From: an uncultured Rhodobacteraceae bacterium
Lineage (GTDB): Bacteria > Pseudomonadota > Alphaproteobacteria > Rhodobacterales > Rhodobacteraceae
Assembly: GCA_938016515.1 (NCBI GenBank)
Contig: CALILP010000038.1
Coordinates: forward strand, 1,930 to 65,929
Direction: 5' to 3'
Length of the DNA: 64,000 bases
Shown here in pieces: positions 9,392 through 18,495 of the stretch. A program made the position numbers and the translations under genes. Each line of letters begins with the position of its first letter. Positions within the stretch are counted from its first letter, which is position 1. The notes below the pieces were generated by a model. It searched no databases, was not told the DNA's origin, and saw nothing but the letters and a program-made list of their open reading frames with translations.

Positions 9392-10591
9392 TTATGGCGC
9401 CACGATTGTGGCGCGCGCTTCCAGATCAGCCAACAGCGCGTCGGCAAAGCCTGCCAACTTGCGGCTGCGCAACTGGTTCGAGATCGCATCACGGTCGGTT
9501 TCCTCGCCTGCGACCGCAATCCGGTTGCACAGCATCAAGAACACAGTGGTTTGACCGCCTGCACGCGTCAGGTTGTAAGAGGCTTCGCCCGGATCAAGAC
9601 GCGCCAGTTCAAGCGCCACGTCCTGAGGGATATCTCCCAATGGCAGGCTTTCACGCTCTAGCACTTCGGCCGGTTGGCCTTGTGCCACGCCATAGAGATC
9701 ATCGCAGGTATCCACACGATCATCGAGGGCCCGCGCTGCATCTTGACCGCCCGCCAGATAGTAAGCCGCGTATTCGATGGCCGCAGGTGGTGTTGGTGTC
9801 GTTGGGACTTCCCGGATGCCCCGCATCTGGAACAGGGCCACACCATTGGGGATCTGGATTGGTGCTGTCACTTCGCCGGTACCCAGTTCAAGGATGATCC
9901 CGCGCAGTTGCGGTGGATAGTTACTGATCGGGAGCCAACCAAGACGGCCCCCGTTGTTGCGTGACGGCAGTGCTGAGACCCGGCGGGCTTCGCTAGAGAA
10001 GACGGATGTCGACGTGGTTTGCGAAATCCGTTCCGCTGTTGCCAGCGCCTGCGCCGCGCGCGGTGGTGGGGCTGGGATGATGATCTCGGACAGCAACACT
10101 TCGATGCCTTCCGATCCTGCCCCGCTTTGGTTGATGACCCGGTCAATTTCGGTGTCGGTGATGGTCACGTTCGGCCCAAACCGCGACCGGATAAAGTCGC
10201 GCCAGGTGACCCCGATCTCGACGAAGTCTCGCAGCGTTTCTTCTGCCACGCCGTTCTGGCCGAGCAGTGTCACAAATTGCTCTAGCGTCAGATTGGCCCG
10301 TCCTGCGAAGTCTTCCATCGCAGTCAGAAGCGCTTCGTCAGTGATCTGCAATCCGAACCGTCGCAGCTCTTGCTGCTTGAGCCGGTCTTCTATCAGTTGT
10401 TCGCGCGCAAGGTCGTTGCCAGCCCCCGGCGTCCGAAACAAGGTCAACAGGCGCGCCCGTTGGTCGATCTCATAGAATGTGACCGCCCGGTCATTGACGA
10501 TCACCGCCGGGCTGAATTGGCCCTGGGCTGTGCCCGTGCTGGCAGTGATCGCAAAAGCAATCAGACCGCAAAGAAGTGTCAAAAAGCGCAT
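9392..10591 (-). CDS. surA: SurA-like periplasmic chaperone / parvulin PPIase
   Basis: Signal peptide, SurA-type N-domain, parvulin motif GGRLGW; lptD-surA-pdxA-rsmA synteny. Confidence 0.85.
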   Translation of the reverse strand: MRFLTLLCGLIAFAITASTGTAQGQFSPAVIVNDRAVTFYEIDQRARLLTLFRTPGAGNDLAREQLIEDRLKQQELRRFGLQITDEALLTAMEDFAGRANLTLEQFVTLLGQNGVAEETLRDFVEIGVTWRDFIRSRFGPNVTITDTEIDRVINQSGAGSEGIEVLLSEIIIPAPPPRAAQALATAERISQTTSTSVFSSEARRVSALPSRNNGGRLGWLPISNYPPQLRGIILELGTGEVTAPIQIPNGVALFQMRGIREVPTTPTPPAAIEYAAYYLAGGQDAARALDDRVDTCDDLYGVAQGQPAEVLERESLPLGDIPQDVALELARLDPGEASYNLTRAGGQTTVFLMLCNRIAVAGEETDRDAISNQLRSRKLAGFADALLADLEARATIVAP

Positions 10592-10652
10592 GGTGATCCT
10601 CATTGCTCGGGTGGCCGTTCTGGCCTTCTTGGTGTCTTTATCGTCGCCCCCG

Positions 10653-12746
10653 TCAATTTGTGCAACCTGCCACAGGGCCTGTCGCACTGCGTCCGGCCGA
10701 AAAACCGCCCAGTGACACCGACAATCCGTAGTCTGTCGACGGCTCGACCGTTGTGGAAGAGGTGAAACGGCGCGAGGCCGACAGGTTCACGGTCACGCAT
10801 TCGTTGCGCCATTCCACCCCGAAACCCGCACGGGCCGGGCTGTCGTTGGCGACATCATAGCGGGCGTCTGCTGTAATCGTGAAAACCTCATTGAGTTTCA
10901 CTGCTGTATCGAAGGTCCATTCAGAGACCGAGTCTGGTCTGCTTTCTGTCGAATCTGCGGCTTGCCAGATATATGCCGCCGTCAAATCAACCATATCTGT
11001 CCGCCAGCCTAACCGTCCAGCACCCCGTGTGGTTTCGATGTCGTCGCTGACCAGCACACGGCCATCCAGGTAGATCCCGGTTGGTGATGTGACCTGTCCT
11101 GCAAGCAACCAGTCAGAGGCTTGGCCTGCAAGACCCGATGAGGGCGAAAAGTCCAGTTCTGACCGATCCCTGACCACCCGTCCAAAAGTGAACGTCCCAA
11201 AGCTGCCGCCAACGCCCGTGCGGCTGTATGTCAGGCCGATGGCCGCACGAAACCCCGTCTCTGCGCGGTCATCGCCGGGAAAGCGGCTGAGATCAAACAG
11301 GTTGGCCTGATCCAGTTCTGCACGGGTGCTGTCTTCATTGGGAGGTGTGGTGCCGTATTGGTCCGACCAGCCTAAGGCGACGGTGGGGGTCAACAGATGC
11401 GTGGCCTTGCCGGTGTTTTTGATCAATGGCCAGCGAAAGGTCGCCCCAAGGCTGGGAATGACCCGGCCAATGGTTGTGTCGAAATCAGGGTCGTTGTTGA
11501 CCCGGTAAAGATCCGCGCGCGCGCCCGCAGAGACCTCGCCGCGCAGGCCGTATGGTAAGTTCAGGTCGCGCGTCCACATCGCGAACGTCCCCGCACGCAG
11601 TGTGTCGCGTCCTGCATCCCCTGATTCAAGGGTCGTGCGTACAACCGCATCCGCAGATCCCCCAAACCGCAGCATGCCACCGCCGACCGGCGTGGAGTTT
11701 TCATACCGCAAGTCGGCTACCACGGGGGGCAAGGCGCGGTTGCTTTCGTCGTCCCGCAAGGTTTCAAAATAGCTGACCCTTGCCCTGAAATAGTGGGTGT
11801 CTGAAATGTTTTGTGCCGTCACCGAGCTTTCCAGGCGGTCGAGGTCGGCAAAACCGTATTCCAGCAGGTATGCGCTGTCGCTAACGGTCTTAAGGTCAAA
11901 CGACAGCGTCGTCCCGCTGCCTACATCAAATGCGCCATCAGCAAAGAGGTACGATCGCCGTGCGTCTTGCAACGTATCATCGCTGATTGCACCCCGCACA
12001 TTCAGATCGCCACTGAAAAAGGCTTGTCGGTATCGCGCCTCTAGGGTGCGGGTTTCTGGCGACAGGTATGGTGTGAGGGTCAGATCACGGTGATCGCCAA
12101 GCGTGATGAAATAGGGCAGTTTGATCCCTGTCCCGAGCAAATCTGATGTCCGGATCTGCGGGATCAACAGGCCGGTTGCCCGCTCTAGCGTGGGATCAGG
12201 CAGGCGCGCGTAGGGAACCCACAGGATCGGGATACCCCGGACCCGAAAGGTAGCGTTATCAAAGTAAAGTTGCTGTGCTTCTTGATCATGCACAACGCGT
12301 TCTGCCCGGATGTCCCACAGCGCAGCTTCCGTGTTGCAGACGTTGCAAGAGCTGACAACAACTTGCCGCAGCTGCGAATAGCGCCCATCAACCCGGCTGA
12401 CCTGATTGGCTGCCAGTTGCAATTGCTGGTCCAGCACCAGGCGCGCCCCGCGCAACATCCCGTTTTCGAGTTGCGGGTCCAAAGTGGCCCGCTCTGCTGT
12501 CAGGATGTCGCCGTCGGCTGCTTGAATGAAAATCGGTCCGCCAATGATCAGTTGATCTGTCGCGCGGTCATAGATGATTTGCGCCGCAGACAGCCGTGTA
12601 CCGTCGAAAAAGACTTCGATATTGCCCTGTGCCACAAGCCGGGTGCGGTCTTCGACCACAACGCTGTCTGCCACGAGGGTTGCCACACCCTGCGACTGGG
12701 CCGCCATGGGAAGGGCCCACAACAAAGCAACAATAAGCAACCGCAT
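10653..12746 (-). CDS. lptD: LPS assembly outer-membrane protein
   Basis: Signal peptide, beta-jellyroll N-terminus, RATGLLIP, PPNEDS, WRNEC; synteny. Confidence 0.9.
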   Translation of the reverse strand: MRLLIVALLWALPMAAQSQGVATLVADSVVVEDRTRLVAQGNIEVFFDGTRLSAAQIIYDRATDQLIIGGPIFIQAADGDILTAERATLDPQLENGMLRGARLVLDQQLQLAANQVSRVDGRYSQLRQVVVSSCNVCNTEAALWDIRAERVVHDQEAQQLYFDNATFRVRGIPILWVPYARLPDPTLERATGLLIPQIRTSDLLGTGIKLPYFITLGDHRDLTLTPYLSPETRTLEARYRQAFFSGDLNVRGAISDDTLQDARRSYLFADGAFDVGSGTTLSFDLKTVSDSAYLLEYGFADLDRLESSVTAQNISDTHYFRARVSYFETLRDDESNRALPPVVADLRYENSTPVGGGMLRFGGSADAVVRTTLESGDAGRDTLRAGTFAMWTRDLNLPYGLRGEVSAGARADLYRVNNDPDFDTTIGRVIPSLGATFRWPLIKNTGKATHLLTPTVALGWSDQYGTTPPNEDSTRAELDQANLFDLSRFPGDDRAETGFRAAIGLTYSRTGVGGSFGTFTFGRVVRDRSELDFSPSSGLAGQASDWLLAGQVTSPTGIYLDGRVLVSDDIETTRGAGRLGWRTDMVDLTAAYIWQAADSTESRPDSVSEWTFDTAVKLNEVFTITADARYDVANDSPARAGFGVEWRNECVTVNLSASRRFTSSTTVEPSTDYGLSVSLGGFSAGRSATGPVAGCTN

Positions 12747-13840
12747 CAGCCGTCTTCCTTGTGCAACAAAAAGCCCATCGCCATCCCAATCGCTGCAATT
12801 GGCGGTGCCCAGGCCGCCAGCTCTGCTGGCAGTTGCCCGTTTTCGCCAAGGATGGCTGCAAAGTTGCGGATAAAGTAGGTTCCGAAAGACAGCAGGATTG
12901 CCAGCAGCACCATCAGGCCCGTCCGTCCGCCCCTTTGGTGGCGCAGCGTAAAGCTGGCCCCGATCATCACCATCGCCACCAGAAACACCGGCATCGCCAG
13001 TTCCATCTGGAACCAGACCTGATGACGTTGCGCCGAAAACCCTGCTGCTTCCAGCCGGTCAATGAAGGCAGGCAGGTCATAAATCGGGATCGAAGAGGGC
13101 GTGCCAAAGCTGTTGCGGATCTGGTCGGCGGTCAGGGTTGAGGGCAGATCGTAGGAGGCCGCAAAGGTTGCGTCTGCTTCGGGGGTCCGATCTTTTGAGA
13201 GGGGCCAGATCTTGGCATCTTGCATCACCCAATGGCCGTCCTGAAGCTGCGCATCTTGGGCTGCGATCCGCTGGACGGGCAGGCCTGAAGGCGCAAAGGT
13301 CAGGAAGGTCACGTTGCGCAGCTCTGTCCCGTCCAGATTGGCAGCTTCTGCCCGTATGACAGTCTGGCTGTTGGCGTCCCCTTGCCGCAACCACAGGCCG
13401 GTAGAGCCCAGCGTCAGCACCCTGTCTTCGCCTTTGAAGCTGTTGGACCGTGCCTCGAACTCGCGCGATGTGGCGGCTACGATGGGGTTCAGCATACCGA
13501 CCCCCAGCACCCCGATCAAAAAGGCCACTGTCAAAGGCGACATCAGCGCCCGCACCGCAGACCGGCCCGCCGCACGGGTGACAACCATTTCTGATGATCG
13601 CGACAGGCTGAGGAACAAGGCGATGGTTGCAATGATCATGATCAGGGGCAGGATCCGGTAGATACCTTCCGGGACATTCAGCATTGTCAGACCCAGGATA
13701 TCAGAAAAGGTCGCATCTGTGCCCGAGAACCGGCGCAATTGTTCGACCAGATCAAGGAACACCATGATCAGAAAGAACACACCGAACACCCCTGCAAATG
13801 ACTTGAGGAACCGCAGTGCGAAATAACGGTGCAGGATCAT
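12746..13840 (-). CDS. lptG: LPS export ABC permease
   Basis: YjgP/YjgQ-type protein with LSRSSEMVVTRAAGRS and AAWAP; follows lptF. Confidence 0.9.
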   Translation of the reverse strand: MILHRYFALRFLKSFAGVFGVFFLIMVFLDLVEQLRRFSGTDATFSDILGLTMLNVPEGIYRILPLIMIIATIALFLSLSRSSEMVVTRAAGRSAVRALMSPLTVAFLIGVLGVGMLNPIVAATSREFEARSNSFKGEDRVLTLGSTGLWLRQGDANSQTVIRAEAANLDGTELRNVTFLTFAPSGLPVQRIAAQDAQLQDGHWVMQDAKIWPLSKDRTPEADATFAASYDLPSTLTADQIRNSFGTPSSIPIYDLPAFIDRLEAAGFSAQRHQVWFQMELAMPVFLVAMVMIGASFTLRHQRGGRTGLMVLLAILLSFGTYFIRNFAAILGENGQLPAELAAWAPPIAAIGMAMGFLLHKEDG

Positions 13841-14961
13841 ACGGACCCTCCGGCGCGGCGTTTGAACAGGGCCGGTCGGGCCGCAAGGAACAGCAGAACG
13901 TAGACGATCAACAGACCAAAGGCTGAGGCGAAGTAGGCCGCGTACCAGAACTCTGGCGTCTCACGCGCGGCGTTCAATCCCGCGGTCTCGACCGCTTTGA
14001 TCACTATGATCAGGAATATCGCCACGACAATTTGGCGCCACACGCCGAACCGGCTAAAGCCGCCGACGATCAGGGCTGCAAACCCAAGCAAGGCTGCAAC
14101 CGTTCCCAAAAGGGATTGGCTGATCCGATCATGGGCCCGCGCGATCAGACGCGCGCGGCTGCGTCCGGTCTCAGCGACCAGTGCGGGGGTGGCTTGCAGC
14201 AGTTCCAGCGTGGGGACATGCGCATCGCGCCGCCCCTCGGATGTCGGCATCGTCATGAAGGACCCGATGTCATAGGCGAAGTCCTTGAAGGACGTGGTTG
14301 ACAAGCGATCGTCATCCGTTTGCAAAATCTGCGCAAGGCCATCGACCATCACCAACTGGACGGTGTCTTCTGTTCGTACCAGATAGGCTTGCGATGCCGT
14401 GTAGGTGACATGCCGGTCCGGGTCGCGCAGATCTGCCAGAAAGACGTTCTGCAACTCGCCCGCTGGTGTGACCTCGCCGATATAGAAGGTCAGGCCATCT
14501 GTGGGCTCCAGAAATTCGCCGGGACTGAGAAGCCGGGCCGTGAAGTTTTGCGCGATCTCGTTCTGGCGCTGGTCCAGTTGCGCCGAAGCCAGCGGGACAA
14601 GGAGATGCATCAGCAAGGTCATCAGAATGAAAACAATGCCGCCAAAGTAAAGGACTGGCCGTGCCATGCGGTAGGGCGAAAAGCCGGTGGCCTGCACCAC
14701 CACCAGTTCTGATTCCGTGGACATGCGGTTGGTGACGTAAACAGCTGCCGCAAAGGCTGCCAAGGGCAGGGCAAGCCGGATGACGCTGGGCAGGGACAGG
14801 GCCGTAAACTCTAGGAACACAACTGCCGATTGGCCGTCCGCGATGAGACGATCAAACAGAACAACCGCCCGATTGATCCAGTAGACAAGCACCAGCACAA
14901 GGCTGAAAAAGCCAAACATGACCATCAGCTGGGACAGCATATATCTGTCAAACCGCGCCAC
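13837..14961 (-). CDS. lptF: LPS export ABC permease
   Basis: Motifs FDRYML and NRMSTESELVVVQATGFS; divergent from pepA. Confidence 0.9.
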   Translation of the reverse strand: MARFDRYMLSQLMVMFGFFSLVLVLVYWINRAVVLFDRLIADGQSAVVFLEFTALSLPSVIRLALPLAAFAAAVYVTNRMSTESELVVVQATGFSPYRMARPVLYFGGIVFILMTLLMHLLVPLASAQLDQRQNEIAQNFTARLLSPGEFLEPTDGLTFYIGEVTPAGELQNVFLADLRDPDRHVTYTASQAYLVRTEDTVQLVMVDGLAQILQTDDDRLSTTSFKDFAYDIGSFMTMPTSEGRRDAHVPTLELLQATPALVAETGRSRARLIARAHDRISQSLLGTVAALLGFAALIVGGFSRFGVWRQIVVAIFLIIVIKAVETAGLNAARETPEFWYAAYFASAFGLLIVYVLLFLAARPALFKRRAGGSV

Positions 14962-15098
14962 TGCTTACCCCTTAACGCCCGCGTTACTTTTGTTTTGCCA
15001 CGAAACTAGCCCAAGTCTGCGGCGGATTGAACTGCTAACTGGTCAATCGGCGATGCCCGGACTAGGTGTGGGGCAACATCAGATATTTTGAGGCTTCC

Positions 15099-16565
15099 AT
15101 GACCGCAGTTACCCCAATCACTTTTGCCGCCTTCGCGCCAGACCTGCTTGCTGAAACCGCCGGCAAGATAGCTGTGAGCGTCACGCCGGACGGCAAGCTG
15201 GACCAAGGCGCCCGCAAGATTAATTCGCTGACCCGCAAGATGGTCCAGCGGGTCGCCGACAGCGAGGCGTTCGAGAAAGCCAAAGTTGGTGATGTGAAAG
15301 CGGTCGCAATGCCGTTTGGACTGGCTGCAGAGGCTGTCTTGGTCGTAAAACTGCCCCGCCGCCCGACATCGCATGAGGCGCGCAAGGCTGGCGCGAACTT
15401 GGCCAAGCACCTTGGCAAGGATGATCTGTTGGTGCTGGGTGGCTCTACCAACCGGATTGAAGAGGTTGCCCAGGGCGTTGCGATGCGCAACTACACCTAT
15501 GAGGACCACAAGACAGGCGACAAGAAAGAAACCGGCGCTGTCAGTTTCATGGTCAGCGACCCAGAGGCTGCGACAGCCGCCTATGCCCCCATTGCCGCCA
15601 TCGCGGAGGGTGTGTTTTTCACCCGTGATCTGACCAATGCTCCGGCTAATGATTTGACAACAACGTCGTTCGCCAACCAACTGGCCGAATTGTCAAAAAT
15701 CGGTCTGAAAGTCGAAGTGCTGGAAGAAGACAAGCTGGCTGAGCTGGGCATGGGATCGCTGCTGTGTGTCGGCCAAGGGTCGGACAGCCCATCCAAGGTT
15801 GTGGTGATGGAATGGAACGGCGGGGGCGATGAAAAGCCCTTTGCCTTGGTGGGCAAAGGCGTTGTGTTTGACACTGGCGGGATCAGCCTGAAGCCCGGTG
15901 CTGGCATGGAAGACATGACTATGGACATGGGCGGCGCGGGCGTTGTGTCTGGCCTGATGAAGACCCTGGCCTTGCGCAAGGCGAAGGCGAATGTCGTGGG
16001 CTTGGTTGGCATCGTCGAGAATATGCCGTCCGGAAACGCGGTGCGGCCCGGTGATGTGGTGACCTCGATGAAAGGGGACACGATTGAAGTGATCAATACC
16101 GATGCCGAAGGGCGTTTGGTGCTGGCCGATGTGCTTTGGTACGCGCAGGAGCGGTTTGAGCCGACTGGCATGATCAATCTGGCAACACTGACCGGGGCCA
16201 TTCTGGTGGCCTTGGGGCATGAAAACGCGGGTGTCTTTTCGAACTCTGATGAGTTGTCCGGCGCGTTTGTGAAAGCGGCTGGTGAGGAAGGCGAAGGCGC
16301 TTGGCGGATGCCGATGGGGCCTGCCTATGATGCTTTGCTGAAGTCCCGCGTAGCGGACATGAAGAACATCGGTGGCCGGATGGCTGGGTCGATTACCGCG
16401 GCGCAGTTTCTACAGCGATTTGTGAAAGACGATGTGCCGTGGTGCCATTTGGATATCGCCGGTACGGCCTCCGTGAAGTCCGAGACTGCCTTGGCACCCG
16501 CGGGCGCGACCGGTTGGGGTGTAATGGCGCTGAACCGCTTGATTGCGGACAAATACGAAGTGTAA
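15099..16565 (+). CDS. pepA: Leucyl aminopeptidase (M17)
   Basis: Motifs VGKGVVFDTGGISLK, DMGGAG, NTDAEGRL, ATLTGA. Confidence 0.95.
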   Translation: MTAVTPITFAAFAPDLLAETAGKIAVSVTPDGKLDQGARKINSLTRKMVQRVADSEAFEKAKVGDVKAVAMPFGLAAEAVLVVKLPRRPTSHEARKAGANLAKHLGKDDLLVLGGSTNRIEEVAQGVAMRNYTYEDHKTGDKKETGAVSFMVSDPEAATAAYAPIAAIAEGVFFTRDLTNAPANDLTTTSFANQLAELSKIGLKVEVLEEDKLAELGMGSLLCVGQGSDSPSKVVVMEWNGGGDEKPFALVGKGVVFDTGGISLKPGAGMEDMTMDMGGAGVVSGLMKTLALRKAKANVVGLVGIVENMPSGNAVRPGDVVTSMKGDTIEVINTDAEGRLVLADVLWYAQERFEPTGMINLATLTGAILVALGHENAGVFSNSDELSGAFVKAAGEEGEGAWRMPMGPAYDALLKSRVADMKNIGGRMAGSITAAQFLQRFVKDDVPWCHLDIAGTASVKSETALAPAGATGWGVMALNRLIADKYEV

Positions 16566-16568
16566 GTG

Positions 16569-17024
16569 ATGGGGGCTGCCTTTTTCTACCACTTGACCGA
16601 CACGCCGCTGGAACGGACCTTGCCAATGCTTTTGGGTAAGTGCCGCGACGCGGGGTGGCGTGTTGCGGTGCGTGGTCGTGATGCGGACCTACTTGAACGT
16701 CTGGATGCAACCCTATGGAACGACGGGTTTTTACCGCATGGGGTTGCGGGCGGCGCACAGGATACCGAGCAGCCGGTGTTGCTGGGTGTTGATGTGCCCG
16801 CAGATGGATTTGCCTGTGTGATGTCGGTGGGCGGTGCAGATGTTACCGCCGCCGAAGTTGGCCTGACAGAGCGGGTGTGTATTCTGTTTGACGGCCACGA
16901 TGAGGGTGCGCTGAACCAAGCGCGGGGTCAGTGGAAATCCCTGACCGAGCAAGGCTGCGCGGCCCAATATTGGGCACAGGAAGACGGTCTCTGGACGAAA
17001 AAAGCCGAATCGTCAGGTGCTTAG
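16569..17024 (+). CDS. holC: DNA polymerase III chi subunit
   Basis: Motifs FYHL, LDATLW, FLPHG, ARGQWK; pepA-holC synteny. Confidence 0.9.
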   Translation: MGAAFFYHLTDTPLERTLPMLLGKCRDAGWRVAVRGRDADLLERLDATLWNDGFLPHGVAGGAQDTEQPVLLGVDVPADGFACVMSVGGADVTAAEVGLTERVCILFDGHDEGALNQARGQWKSLTEQGCAAQYWAQEDGLWTKKAESSGA

Positions 17025-17122
17025 AAGTCAAAGTCTGCGTCGAAATCGTCTGGCAGTGCAGTCGGTGCAGGTGTGCAGGCGGCGCTCGCCAGCAGGGCCA
17101 GCAATGGCAGAATGAGGCGCAT
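17021..17122 (-). CDS. Putative 33-aa micro-lipoprotein MRLILPLLALLASAACTPAPTALPDDFDADFDF
   Basis: Manual translation; AGGA RBS; hydrophobic signal with lipobox-like SAAC; directly downstream of the aspartyl protease gene. Confidence 0.6.
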   Translation of the reverse strand: MRLILPLLALLASAACTPAPTALPDDFDADFDF

Positions 17123-17131
17123 GTTGTCGTC

Positions 17132-17707
17132 CTATCGTGTCAAAACGAGTTCACCATCGGTGATGCTGAAACTGCGGTAAAGCCCCAAATACGTCATGCC
17201 AAGGAGCGATCCGAACATCTCGCCCTCGTTCACGACCGCCCGCACGTTGGCATCGACATATGGCCCGATGGAGACCTCGTCGAGGGTGACATCGGCTGTC
17301 CGGACCTCTCCGTTTGCTGTGTAGGCGATGCCAAGGTAGTTCAGATCAGATGGGTTGATGCCAACGCGCCGTGCGTCCAACTGGCTGAGGACCACCATGG
17401 AAGCCCCTGTATCAACGACAAACTCTACCGGCGTGTTGTTCACATAAAGGGTCATATAGTAATGCCCGTCGGGGCTGCGGGGCACCACGATCTGCTGCCC
17501 GATCACGCTTTGCCGGTTGGTCACATCCCGGCTGATGTCGTTCCAAAGCCCGATTGCACCGATGGTCCCAAGAAAGATGAACCCCCAGATCGCCGCCTGT
17601 TGCGCCATTTTCCCAAGGTTGCCCCGGTTGGCCATGATGTATGAGCCGCCAATCGCGGCGGCGAGTAGGCCAAGATAAGCCACCTGCATAAGCTGATTTG
17701 TGTCCAT
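17132..17707 (-). CDS. TIGR02281-type retropepsin-like (clan AA) aspartic protease
   Basis: Two N-terminal TM helices; motifs DGHY, FVVDTGAS, TANG, SLLGMTYL. Confidence 0.88.
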   Translation of the reverse strand: MDTNQLMQVAYLGLLAAAIGGSYIMANRGNLGKMAQQAAIWGFIFLGTIGAIGLWNDISRDVTNRQSVIGQQIVVPRSPDGHYYMTLYVNNTPVEFVVDTGASMVVLSQLDARRVGINPSDLNYLGIAYTANGEVRTADVTLDEVSIGPYVDANVRAVVNEGEMFGSLLGMTYLGLYRSFSITDGELVLTR

Positions 17708-17723
17708 GGGATCTATATAGGGG

Positions 17724-18356
17724 CTAGGTACCGATCCCAAAAGACTGCGCGATGCCATCAAGGATAAATTGGATCGCGAGGGCTGCCAGAAGCATGCCCA
17801 GAAGGCGCGTGACGATGTTGATGCCGGTTTTGCCAAGCGCGCGCTCGATCAGGCCGGACGCCGCGCAGAAGATAAACACAAAGGTGAGGACCGCCGCCAA
17901 AACCCCTGCAATTGCTGCGAAATCGGCAGGGCCGTTGGCTTGGCCTGCGAGCAGGATGATCGTGGTGATCGCTCCTGGACCGACGATCAGTGGCATGGCG
18001 AGGGGGAATACAGATGGATCGTCTTCATGCTCGGTCTGTGCCTCTGTCGCGTTGTCTTCACGCCGCGCTTGCCGTTTTTGGAAGAGCATTTCGAGGGCTG
18101 TTAGGAAAAGGAGCACGCCACCTGCGATCCGGAAAGCGGGCATTGAAATGCCGATGAAACCCAGAAGAGTTTCGCCGAGGAGCAGGAAGGCGATCATCAG
18201 CCCGAAGGAAATGATGACAGCCAGGACCAGGATGGACCGGCGTTGTGCCGGCGTCATGCCTTGGGTGAGTGCCACAAAGAGCGGTGCGAGCCCCGGTGGG
18301 TCGATGATCACGAAGAGTGTCGTGAAAGCAGCGATGAGGGCGGGGAGCTCTGTCAT
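17724..18356 (-). CDS. MarC-family membrane protein
   Basis: Motifs LFVIIDPPG, FRIAGGVLL, FPLAMPLIVGPGAI, TRLLGMLLAA. Confidence 0.9.
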   Translation of the reverse strand: MTELPALIAAFTTLFVIIDPPGLAPLFVALTQGMTPAQRRSILVLAVIISFGLMIAFLLLGETLLGFIGISMPAFRIAGGVLLFLTALEMLFQKRQARREDNATEAQTEHEDDPSVFPLAMPLIVGPGAITTIILLAGQANGPADFAAIAGVLAAVLTFVFIFCAASGLIERALGKTGINIVTRLLGMLLAALAIQFILDGIAQSFGIGT

Positions 18357-18495
18357 GTCAGCGGGTGATGATGGTGCGGGACGCCTGCGGCGGGCGAGTT
18401 GTTTTGGCGAAATGAAGACAGGGGCTGCGGTCCACAAGCGGGGGCTGACTGAATGACTTCAGCGGGGCTTGCGCCATGCGGCCTGGCGTGTCTGA

